Of a stretch of 64,000 nucleotides of DNA, positions 1-11,051 are shown piece by piece. Positions within the stretch are counted from its first letter, which is position 1. The number at the start of each line of letters is the position of its first letter. Origin of the DNA: Vitrella brassicaformis CCMP3155 (lineage: Eukaryota > Protista > Chromerida). A program made the translations under genes and the position numbers. The stretch covers positions 124,001 through 188,000 of the forward strand of contig CDMY01000086.1 in the NCBI GenBank assembly GCA_001179505.1, read 5' to 3'. Below the pieces are notes generated by a model that was given only the letters and a program-made list of their open reading frames with translations, did not search any database and was not told where the DNA came from.

Positions 1-1022
1 GGTGTGATGAACTCGCTACACTTACGGTCGGGGTCGAAGACGAGGAAGGCAACCCCCTCCACACACACCTGCAGGCAGGCAGGCAGGATCACACACATCG
101 TCGTGTATCACGGCAAGAATGCCTTTGTGCCCCCCCGCATGAGGTGACTTGCCAGCGGGCAGGCAGCAACAGTAAAGAGGACACCGGTCTTCTCGTCAAT
201 CTTGACCTTGTCGCCGTCCTTGAGGCCCTTGTGCTCGCTGATATATCGATCCATCGGCCGACGGAAGGACGGCACACCCACAATCAAACAGCCGTCTGTC
301 TGTCTGCCTGTCTGCCTATGCCACCCACCCATCCATACCTGAAGTCAACACAGATTTTGTCGAAGGTAGGTTTGCTGGCGGTGATGCCATCCGTGAGGCG
401 CCGACGCGACCCGCCAAGGGGGAAGCCCTTTCCAGGCTTGTCATCGTCGCCGTCGTCAGTCTTATCACCGGGGGGCTTGCCGTCGTCGCCATTAGGGGGC
501 TTGTCGCCGTTGTCGTCGCCATTAGGGGGCTTGTCGCCGTTGTCGTCGCCATTAGGGGGCTTGTCGCCGTTGTCGTCGCCATTAGGGGGCTTGTCGCCGT
601 TGTCGTCGCCATTAGGGGGCTTGCCGTCGTCGCCATTAGGGGGCTTGCCATTGTCGGGGGGCTTGCCATTGTCGGGAGGTCCGTTGGGGGAGGTACCAGG
701 GGGAGGAGGCCCTTTTGCGCCAGGGGGAGACCCATTTGGCGGCATCGGCTCAGGCATACCCAGCAGCTTCACAATCTGCAGCACGTCAAGCTTGGGCGTC
801 ACACCTGAGAAACGACACACACACGCACCGTGAGGGAAGCAGTATCACCATGTTGAGACACGTCTCTCTCAGCGCTGGCTGACCCTTGCACAAGGGGTCG
901 CGGTCATCTGTGGGGTTCACTGGTGGGGGATCTTTCTCGCCGCCCGTGCCAGTGGTGTCTTGCGCCCAGGTCAGGCTGGCGAAGCCCAGCAAGAGGGCGG
1001 CGAGGGGTCGGAGGGGGTGCAT
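1..1022 (-). CDS. Secreted protein with signal peptide, Pro/Asp/Asn/Gly repeats and Cys-containing downstream region; 3' end runs off the window
   Basis: ATG at 1022: MHPLRPLAALLLGFASLTWAQD (signal-peptide-like). Spliced exons continue VTPKLDVLQIVKLLGM...(NGDDNGDKPP)n...SRRRLTDG...DF|SEHKGLKDGDKVKIDEKTG...|VCVEGVAFLVFDPDRKCSEFIT, with GT-AG junctions near 849/806 and 337/238. Confidence 0.75.
470..680 (-). repeat. Coding tandem repeat: 30-bp unit x4 plus shorter variants, encoding NGDDNGDKPP / NGDDGKPP / DNGKPP
   Basis: gccattagggggcttgtcgccgttgtcgtc repeats perfectly from ~488 to ~608, in frame within ORF 284..820 (-). Confidence 0.95.
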
Positions 1023-1227
1023 CGTGGCACGCCACACGAGCGGCTGAGAGAGGGATTGAGGACCAACGCCTTCGAAGAGAACTTTGTTCACAGGGCGGAA
1101 GAAGAAAGGAGGAGAACGCAAGTCCACGAAGGCGCCACCTTATGTGTACGCACTGTGCCGGCTACAGCGTACAAAGGCGTTTCACATGCGGCGTTGCATC
1201 GCGTTGAACAACCGAGATTGACACTTA

Positions 1228-3719
1228 GTGGCGATGGAACCTGGCCAGGCGTTTCCCTCCCGGGCCGCACAGCCAGGCTTGTGCGAGCTCGTGACTCAGG
1301 TCGATTCGACGAAAATGACGAGTGGGAGAGACGAGGCTGCAGGTCGCGTGCTGGTGATAGGTGCCGGTCCGGTAGGATGTCTGCAAAGCGTCTTCCTTGC
1401 CCGCCGCGGCGTCCAGGTGGATGTCTTCGAGGCGAGGCCTGATCTCAGGCAAGACGCCAATCGATCAGCCGGGTAAGCAAACAAGGTGCCACCAACGCCC
1501 CATGCACGAACGGCTGGCAACCATGGTCTGTCGGCCTGCCTGTATGTATGTATGTGTCTTCTCTCTGCTGTGCAGTCGGAGCATCAACTTCGCCTTATCG
1601 GAGAGGGGCAGGAGTGCCCTGAGGGCGGTGCAGCTGGAAGACGCTGTTCTCCAAGATGCCATACCGGTCGGTCAGCAGTGAGATATATCTCTCGACTCGC
1701 TCTCTGCTGCTGGCCATTTCTGTCTGTGTGTGCGTGTGTGTGTCAGATGTACTCTCGCATGGTTCACCCTGTGCGAGGGTCGAGCTATGAGGTGCCCTAT
1801 GGCGAAAGGGGCGAGTGCATCTACTCAGTGGGACGCAGGTAAGTCCCCATGTAGGCATGGCATGTACCGCATTCACGGCCATGGCACGGCAAGACACTGG
1901 CGGCCCTGTTTGGTCATATATGGATGCATCTATGTACCTATGTATATTTGTGTGGTCCGTCCGTTGGCTCATTCATTCAGGCGTATCAATGAGTTGTTGC
2001 TCAACGCTGCGTCGGCCAGTGCCAACGTGAGTCTGCACTTCGGCGTGAAGCTGTCCAAGCTCAACTGTGAGAGGGGCACCGTCACTCTCACAGCAGCCGA
2101 TGGGGACGAGGAGAGGGCTGAACAAGGCGACTTCGTCTTCGGCTGCGACGGCATCCACTCGGCCTCCAGGCACCAGATGCTGCAGCAATGCTCCGACTCG
2201 CACAGCTTCAGGTACGTACCCACCCGCCGAAGTGACTGACTGACTGCATCGAGCAAGCGAACCACACAAAGGGAGGGAGGCAGAGGGCGGTGGATGGATG
2301 GATGGATGGATGGATACATCAGGGAGGACTATATCGACCACGGTTACAAGGAGCTGACGATCGAGTCGACGAGCGGCAGTGACAGTCCGCACCGGCCTTA
2401 TGCGATGCCCCCCAACCATCTCCACATATGGCCCAGGAAGGAGTTCATGCTCATTGCTCTCCCTAACCCTGACGGTAGGCAGGCAGGCAGACAGGCACCA
2501 CCACACCGCACACAGACCCCTACAGCTGTTTTCATGTGTCAATGCTTTGTGTGTATGTCAGGGTCGTTCACCTGCACGCTCTTCATGCCGATGGGCATCT
2601 TCGAGACCCTCACCACACCTGACCAAGCCAGCAAATTCTTCAAGCAGCATTTCCCTGATGTACTCGACCTCATTGGTAGAAGGACCGACAAACAGCAGCA
2701 CTCACACACACACACACACTCCCTCACTCACACCCATACAGACAGACTCGTGTCGTGTCCTGCATCGGTCTTGGTGATGCCGCACCCACCTTTCTCTCCG
2801 TTCGTTTGTCTGTGTGTGGGCACCAGGCGAGTCTGAGTTGGATCATCAGTTCCGATCGAACCCCACCAGTCGTCTGTCGTACCTGCACGTGTCGCCCTGG
2901 ACCACGGGGAAGTACTGCGTGGTTGGTGACGCCGCACACGCAGTAGTCCCCTTCTACGGCCAGGGCATGAACTGTGGATTCGAAGACTGTCTACTCTTCG
3001 ACCAACTCCTACAACAGTGCCAGCAAACGGCGGCCAGCAAAGATCTCCTCACGGCCGCAGCGCAACTATTCTACCAGCACCGAAAACCAGGTGGGTGTCC
3101 ATTTGATGAATTAGGGCTCACCGGACGGGTGAGCATGCGTGTATGCATGGATGAACAATGCATTGATTGCGTGGCGTCCCTGCATGTACCTCCGTGTAGA
3201 TGCCGATGCGTTGTGTCAGCTGTCGCTGGAAAACTACATCGAAATGCGATCGAAGGTGAGAAGGGAGGGAGGGAGGCAGGCAGGAAGGTGGGGTGGGGTG
3301 GGGTGGGGTGGCGGCAGGGAGGGAGGGAGATGCCTGCATACGCTCGTTGCCCATGTGTGTCGATTGATCAACTGATTGATAGGTGTCGGATCCGTTGTTT
3401 CTGATGAAGAAGAGAATCGACAGTCTCATCAACTACCTCTTCCCTCACGAGTGGATCCCACAGTACACTATGGTCGGTTGGTGGGCGAGTCAGTCAGTCA
3501 CGTCACGGGATACCTCTGGGCATTCGTCCAATTGTCTGTGTGTATTGTGTGCAGGTGGCGTTCACCCGTACGCGGTATTCGGATGTGATTCGGCGGCGGG
3601 ATCGGCAAAACACCATCGTGACCTCATGTGCAAGTGGACTCGTGGCCTGCGCACTCGCCGCCGCGGCTCTGCTTGCTGTGAGGTGCTCTCAGGCGCTGTT
3701 GAAGCGCACATCTGTGTAG
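1228..3719 (+). CDS. KMO: Kynurenine 3-monooxygenase (FAD-dependent), multi-exon
   Basis: Exons carry [10 protein letters not shown] (Rossmann), [98 protein letters not shown] and a hydrophobic C-terminal anchor. Start is 1228 or ~1318. Confidence 0.95.
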
Positions 3720-4297
3720 TGTCAGTCAGTGCACTCGTCACTGTATACATACACACATACATACAGTCTGTGTGCACAGCCCAGCCCCCACCTTGTACGT
3801 ACAACGGTGGGTTTCAGGACTTATCCCATAGGTACATACATACATACATACATACATGTGTGGCTGGCGTGGGGGGGTGTACTTGTGGGCCTTTGCCGCA
3901 GGCAGAGACCTAAGCTTGGATGCGTGCGGGTGTGCGTTCGCACGATGGTGTATGTATGGCGCTGACGGGACAACGAGACCGATTCAATTGAACAAATATA
4001 TTATCTATCGAATCGATGGGCAGGCAGGCAGGCAGGCAGCCGTACACAAGGAGGTAGGCAGGTCGGTACACATGTCTGCACGGTCACGTGATACGCAGCA
4101 GAGTGAGTGAGTGAGTCGCCACGGAAACATCCATGCAAGCAGCTAGGTACTCCATGCATCCATCCATCCATGCGATGACGTTCCTCTGCACGACGACAGA
4201 GGCGACACCCCACGTACACATGCACACACGCATTCAGTCAGTCAGGAAGGAAGGAAGGAAGGAAGGACGCACTCAGTCAGTCAGTAACATTGCTATG

Positions 4298-7200
4298 TCA
4301 GAGTTTGGAAACCGCCTCGCGGAATTGGCCCAGCAGCTGCTCAAGCTTCCTGAAATGGACCATGACATACACACACACAGACAGCCCAGAGAAGCGTTAG
4401 GTGGCCGTGGAGCTCGTGAAGATGCATGCATGGATGCATTTGTGTGTTCACTCGTTGCCCTCCAGCCCCCTACTTGTGTACCTACCTTTTGTGTGCGGCT
4501 TCGTCTGTGTGTCTGCCGTGCCGAGCGAACAGGTGGGGCGTGAAGGGCATGGCAGCCATGGGGGGCGGCACAGGGGCAGGAGCAGCAGCGGCGGCAGCAG
4601 CTGCGGCTGCAGCGGCGGGAGGGGAGTCGACGGACATGGCGCTGCTGCCCATGGCCCCACCAGTGCTGCCCTGTACCGACGACACACAGCAAGACAAGAC
4701 GGCCACCATACCGACAGACAAGTCGTTGTTTGTCGTGTGTGCAGCAAACAAGTTTGTTGTAGCTACCTACCAGTAGCGGCATGGGTAGGGGAGGAGTGCT
4801 AGGCGGTGCTGGGGCGGGCGTGGGCGCGGTGTTGGCGTTGGTGGACTTGCTGCCGTTTGCCTCGCTGATCCACTTGAGAATCGTCCGCTCGATGTGCTCT
4901 CTGATCCATCCATCCATCGCACACACAGACACATGGTAGGGAGATGAATCGTGATGATTAGTGCGCTGAGTGATTCATTCTTTGCCGTCGCCTGTCACCC
5001 AGCCACCCACCGCCTCAGTTTGAAGTGCTCGCGAATGACGTCTCTAAACTCGGGAAAGGCCTTGGAATTCATCATGTCCAACATCGCCCACTCTGACAAC
5101 ACACAACACGACACAACATGTCCAAGGGTCCGGCCATGCACACACAACGAAACAATGAGTCCACAAAGGAGTGCTGCCTTGTTCCTCCTCCGTCCCTGCC
5201 TGCAGGCGTGCAAGCCTCGCTGCACTGACCGATAGTGCCTTCCCGCACTCCCATGCTGTATCCCCTTGAAGCGTTCCGGCCCGCCTCAGTGTTCGCCTGA
5301 CGTTCATACCCCGGCTCTGCACACACATGCACACAGGGGAGGGAGGGAGGGACATGAGTAAGTCGAGTCATGACGATGGACGAGTGGAGTGTACCCACCC
5401 ACCGTTGTAGTACGGCTCCTTGACAAGGATCAAACTGTGAATTGACAAGAGCACCTGTACAGAACACAGGTCGGTCCAGTGCAACCAACCAACCAACCAA
5501 TGCACATCTATCTCTGCCGCCTGTTGTATGTCGCTCGGCGGTGTTGATCCTGTCCATTTACTTCCTTGATCTTACTTGGTAGGCCGTCGACACAGCAGGG
5601 TCCCAGCCCTCGCCGGCACCACCGCTCCATGTGCCCAGCAGGGACAGGCACACCTTGCCTGCACACACAGCAAACGACAGACAGACACCACACAACGGAG
5701 GAGGGAGGGAGGGAGGGAGGGAGGCGAATGAGTGAGTGACACAAAGACTTATGCATATACATAGGATACACACAGACCCACACACTGCCACCCCTCCTGC
5801 CTTGCCCTGCCTGCCTTGCTCCCGTCCCACCCACCCACACATGTATATGTATGTGTATGTGTGTCTGTATGTGTGTAGGCATTCATCTTGTACATGCATA
5901 CCACAATTGTATAGGTTTGGGTTGGCCCGCCACTTGCCGCCACCCGTCGAGCGAAACGACACCTTCGGGGGGATGGTGGGATACTCCGGAGGGAAATAAA
6001 TGTCGAACAAGAACACCCCCGAATCGTAAGGCGTCTCTGTCGGACCAGTGATGAGCGCTCGCCACAGCTGACGGACGCCGGAACAGACAGACAGACAGAC
6101 AGACAGACAAAGACAGACAGAAACAGACAGACGGGACGCACGATCGTCATGAAACACGGAGGGAATCATGTGGTGGGAGGATGGATGGGCGGGGCACTTG
6201 GTCACTCACCTGCGAGGATTGCTCATCCGATCGCACGAAGATCGAGCCGTCCTTGCTCAGTACCAGCAGAGAGGGAAGCCCAGCCTGAGCGAGAGGAGAG
6301 GGATGCGCAAGGACGTACACCGTTGCTATGCTACTGTGGAGTGGTGCATGCAGTGCCAGCCGGTAGGTATGTAACCGCCCCCCCCTGGCCTCACCAGCTC
6401 TTTTGCGATGCGAGCAGTCCGTGCCGGGGGACATGCCTTCTCTGATTGCTGGCATGTCAGGTGGGCGTGGCCTGCATGCCAGACCAGCAGCACGGACAGA
6501 CCAAACATTCCCCGCACCTCCACTGGGTCGCATGCATGGGTGGGTGACGTGTGTGTATATATATACCTGTGCGGACGGAAGGGGACTGGTCCAGCATCTT
6601 GTCGGCCAGGCGGGTCTTGTATCGCTCCCCCTCGTCATCCTCGCCATTCACAGCCTGACACACACGCAAGCAAGCAATGCACAATGAAGGAGGGCAGGGC
6701 AGCACGTGAGTGTACAGTTGGCTGCCTGGCTGGCTGGCTGGCTCACGTGTATGCGTGTCCCGGTGGCTCCCTTGAGGTGTGCGATGATTGCAGGCATCAA
6801 AGTGACCACGTCATTGGCAAAACTCTTTGCCTCAGTGATGTCCTCTGCAGATGGACCACCGGCCGCAGCTGCTGCTGCTGCCAACACACACACACACACA
6901 CATACACAGAGAGACAGAGAGAGAGAGAGACCCCGTACATCCAGCGAAAGGGTATGCTGTGTGGCATCTGTCGGGCGTCGCGTAGTGTGCGGCAAAGTAA
7001 CGCGCCAACCAACCTGAGCTTGATGGCTGGGGCGAGATGCGTGAGGGGCCGCCTTGGAGGTTTGTTACGGCCTATGTGTTTGGCGCACATGAGGCAGATG
7101 ACGGACACCACAACGCGATATGTGTTGTCCCTCCGTCCCTACCTTGATGTAGAGTTCTGCTTCCTTTTGCAGCTCGAGCAGCCTGGTGAGCGTTTGGGTG

Positions 7201-10200
7201 GCAGTGTCTCGGAAGCAGCCCATCGTCGAGCCGCCGTCGGATGCCCGCGAGTGGACGGTCTTGAGCAAAGCGATGACCGCCTTGTAGAAGGGCAGCCGGT
7301 CTAGCATGTTGGTGAAAGACGTCATCAGAGTTCGCGAAAAAAAGTGACCCAGGCACGACGTGGCCAGCCTGCAGGCAGGCAGGCAGAGCGCCCAACGAAT
7401 GACTTTCATGCACATAGGATAGATACTTGAGGTCCGGGTAGCTGGCTGGATGGCGCGTGCTCTGCCCACCAGGCGTTGGCTTGTGTCAAGATTCGCTCTG
7501 CCTGCTGGGATTTGTCCTGCCTGTGAGCCGAGGAGGATGTGGGCGTGGAGGCACGAGCGTGGGCGTCAACCTCACTCAGGATGCCATTCAACGCCTGACG
7601 CAGGCACACACACCACACCACACCACACACATTCAGCACACACACGGACGCGCCCATCCCATCCCATCCTTGCTTCCTTGCTTCCGTGGGCGACTGGCTA
7701 GCGCGAGGGTAGGGAGTGTGGCTGTGGTGGCTGTGGTGGCCTTACAATGACGTGATCGCAGATGTCTTGGTCTTGTGCTGCTTGTGCGGCCTGGGTGGCG
7801 GCTGCGTCCCAAGAAGTGGCATTCCCCTTGTCACCACGCGAATCGCCAGCTGATGAATACCCCACACCCTTGGCGAAAAAAGATCCACCTGGGGAGGCAC
7901 AGTGTCATAGTTAACACAAGCAGACAGACAGAGATGGATGGATGGACGCACAAGTGACTTAAACGGTCGACCGTCTGTCTGTGTGTGAGTCTGTCTGTCT
8001 GTCTGTCTGTCATCCATGGATATCTATCTGAGAGCGGCCCGTTAGTGAGTGCCGTACCGTCGGTGTTCTTGGCCGATGACGAGGGTGGCTTGCGCACCAC
8101 TGCAGGGACCTCGCCGCCTTCGACAGACAACGGAAGCAAGCAAGGAACGAACCGTATGGGCCATCAAGCAACCGTATGGCACGGCATGGCCTGGCCTGGC
8201 TGCTTGTGTGTATGGTCCGTCACTGTAGGGCGAATGAGTGAATGAGTTGCCTGCGTACCTTGGAGGGCCGAGAGTGCCTTTTTGACGCATGGCCCTGTGT
8301 CTTGAATCTTGGCCGACAGCGTGAGGGTGTGGCTGGTGCTGGGTGCCAGGTCACACAGCAACGCTATCTGGGCCAGGTGACGCTCACTGATCGATCGATC
8401 AGTCAACCAAAGCACACACATGCGATGCGTCCATCCATCCATCCAGCAATGAATACTCTTAAGACAAGGAAAGGCTTGCTGTGATGTGGTGGGCCAGCCC
8501 AGCCCACGTGCACGTGTGTATGTGTATGAGTGCGTACATGGGGTGGTAGGCGGCATCCAAGTTGTCGTGCGCCGAGAAGTCTACCGCGGCATATGACTGG
8601 ATGAACCGGAGGAAGAACTCTGACACACGCAGGCAGGCAGGCAGGCAATGCAGGCGATTCAAAGCAATGCGATGGATCGAGAGGTGTACGTGTGAATGTC
8701 TCTCACGCACGTACCGATGATCTCAGAGGCTTGAACTGTCGGGTTCCAGCCCCTGACATGATGATAGACAGACAGACAGACAGGGGGCGGGGCGCAGGAA
8801 GGAAGGGAGGACTCCTGGTGCAGGTCGGTTGACCTGACCCATTCATGCATGTGTGCCATTGAGGGTAGGCAGGTACCTGAGGGTGATAAGGGGATGGCAG
8901 GTGAGCGAGTCGAACATGGACACGTTGGGAGACACCCGAGGGTCGCTGACATACACACCCACACATCAATCATGCGTGCCATTGTCTGTGTGTGCGCTTC
9001 GGAGCGTCCGTGAGTGCGTACATGAATCGCAGTCGTGGCCGGACGTATATCAGCTGAGGTGGATAGAAGGGGTGCAGGTCGTCCTGACACACGGCACGAC
9101 ACCACATCCCAGCACACACGTCTGTGGCTGTCGTGCCGTGTTGTCTCAAGGGAGCGTGCGTGTGATGTGGGTGAGGTGACCTTGAAGTGGAGTTCGAATA
9201 TGATAGCCCCGTCGAAGCCCTGGTCAGACAGGGTCTTCAGGTCTTGAGAGATAGTCGACTCCGCCGCGAAGGCCTCGCGAGGCAGGACCACACGCCAGTT
9301 GTACACACTGCACACACACACACACACACACAGACAGACAGACAGACAGATAAACGGAATCAATTGCAACCCAGGCTGACTCAGAGTCAAAGCCCACATT
9401 ATTGATGCAGCCCCTCCGTACCTGTCTTCGATTGCATCAGCGTTCCATCGGAGGCTCTGCTCCTGGATTCGGAGAAGCTCATTGGAAAGGATCTGAAAGG
9501 CCTCCTGGGAGGTAAAAATCTGGCGCTTCGCAAACTGGTCGATATTGTGCTTCTGCAGGCAGCGGCCGCGCACACACATACACATACATAGGCGGGTCGG
9601 TGAAAGGCATGTGTAGCTGAGAGGTGCGTCAGTATCAGTCATGTCACGTGTGCGTCCGTCCCACCGACCGACCTGTTTCTTTGACATTCTGAATTCCTCG
9701 GCCTGTTTCCATTTGATCTTCTTGTGGTACTTCTGCTCCGTCTTGGCAACCTCCCCCTCTTCCTCCAAGTCGTAACCCTGCTGGTCGTCATACTCTACAT
9801 GGCATGGATGGCACAGTCCGGTAGGTGAACACAAGCAGGTCAGACAGAACACTTGTGCGTGTACCCACCCCCTGCCTGTCCTGCGTTCTGTCCTGTCCTT
9901 CCCGCGCTTGCTTGGTTCCTTCCTTGGCTGCTTACCGTCGTCATAGGCAATATCTTCGTCGTCGTGCTGCTCGTCGGCGTCCCTCATCTCCTCGTCCACA
10001 CAGGTACCGCCACGACCCGCTGGCTGAGGAGAAGAAGAAGGCAGGTTGCCATCGCCTTCAAGCAAGTCCTGTCGGACACAGAAAGAAACACACGTATGTA
10101 CGGAGAATGCAACCGTACATTACGTACGGCCAACCCATGACATGCAGCCAGGCAATGTGTGTCATGGATAGGTGGACAGTGCGTGTCTAGTTAGGTGAAT

Positions 10201-10759
10201 CGATAAATCAGGAAGGAGAATGCGTGGTGGCTACCTGGATGACAGTTCCGACGGCAGGAGGGAACCCCGCCGTCATCAGCTTGTCCGCCATGATTCGAAG
10301 GACGGCGCAAAGGCTGCATGAGTCACTCTTACACGACACACACGCACACGCGCAAAGTGAAGAGGGACAAAGACGTGCATCGCGCGCAGGTCCAGAGTGA
10401 GAGCTTGCTGTTAGTCGTACCTTTTGGAGTGTTTCATTGACTTGCTCGATGAATGCGTCGTTACCGTCGCTATCAGACATGACCCAGCACTCACCAGAAG
10501 GATAAATCTCTATGTCCCTGTTGGTCGGAAAGACAGAGGGCACACACATGAAAACGTCGACACTGCGTGTGTGTGAGCGTGAGTGTGTGCGTGCTTACCC
10601 CCAGTGCAGCGAGAAGCGCTGGTTGAATACGCGGACGCTGACTGAGTCGTCAACCACCTCGTCGCCCAATTTGAAGAGGCCCTTCTCAATGGCGTCATGA
10701 TGCCGACTCGCGAGGGACGAATTCAGCGCCAGCAGCGCCTTCTTGAGCTTCGAGCTCAT
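4298..10759 (-). CDS. Large BIRC6/BRUCE-type ubiquitin-conjugating enzyme without a BIR domain, with an additional upstream UBC/UBE2Q-like domain
   Basis: ATG at 10759 (MSSKLKKALLALNSSL). C-terminal UBC: IFVRSDEQSSQLWRALITGPTETPYDSGVFLFDIYFPPEYP..NPNLYNCGKVCLSLLGTW..EPGYER..WAMLDMM..VIREHFKL. Upstream BIRC6-like FFAKGVGY motif (~7870). Second module: FQILSNELL..YNWRVVL..FELHFK..LHPFYPP. Last exon KLEQLLGQFREAVSKL* stops at 4298. Confidence 0.85.
6083..6131. repeat. (AGAC)n intronic microsatellite, representative of many (AC)n/(AGAC)n/(GGAT)n/(AGGC)n tracts in introns across the window
   Basis: Directly visible tandem acag units inside an intron of the UBC gene. Confidence 0.95.
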
Positions 10760-11051
10760 CTAGCTATGGACGGCGCGGAGAGCGCTGTCGACAACCAGTG
10801 GTGCACACCCACACAGGAAGATAATTACTCGATGTTCAGAGATCGCTTAAAAGCTGTCGTAGATCCAAGGCTCGCAGCTAAGCTCGCATAGATCTGCATT
10901 GCCCCTTTTGGAACCAACGAGGCGCTTCACATATGCATATGAACTCAGGTAGACACAATGTGCCGTCATTGCAATGATGCTGTCTGCGCTGTGCCTCTGC
11001 TTTGACCTTTGTCTGTCAGAGGTGTGATTGAACTCATACGTGCCGTGCAAG

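Noticed and set aside
488-640. TTAGGG-containing tandem repeat that looks telomeric or CRISPR-like
   Set aside because: It is an in-frame 30-bp coding repeat (Pro-Asn codons CCT AAT) with no unique spacers and no cas genes.
144-833. Long antisense and alternate-frame ORFs throughout the window (e.g. 144..833+, 6408..7304+, 53363..53890-)
   Set aside because: These are GC-rich shadows of real exons, or read-through of microsatellite introns giving HTHT, CVCV and DRQT peptides.
4130-4150. TGCATGCA/GCATGC-like motifs (ApiAP2 site-like) here and elsewhere
   Set aside because: They are abundant in introns as part of the repeat background, with no visible promoter-specific enrichment.
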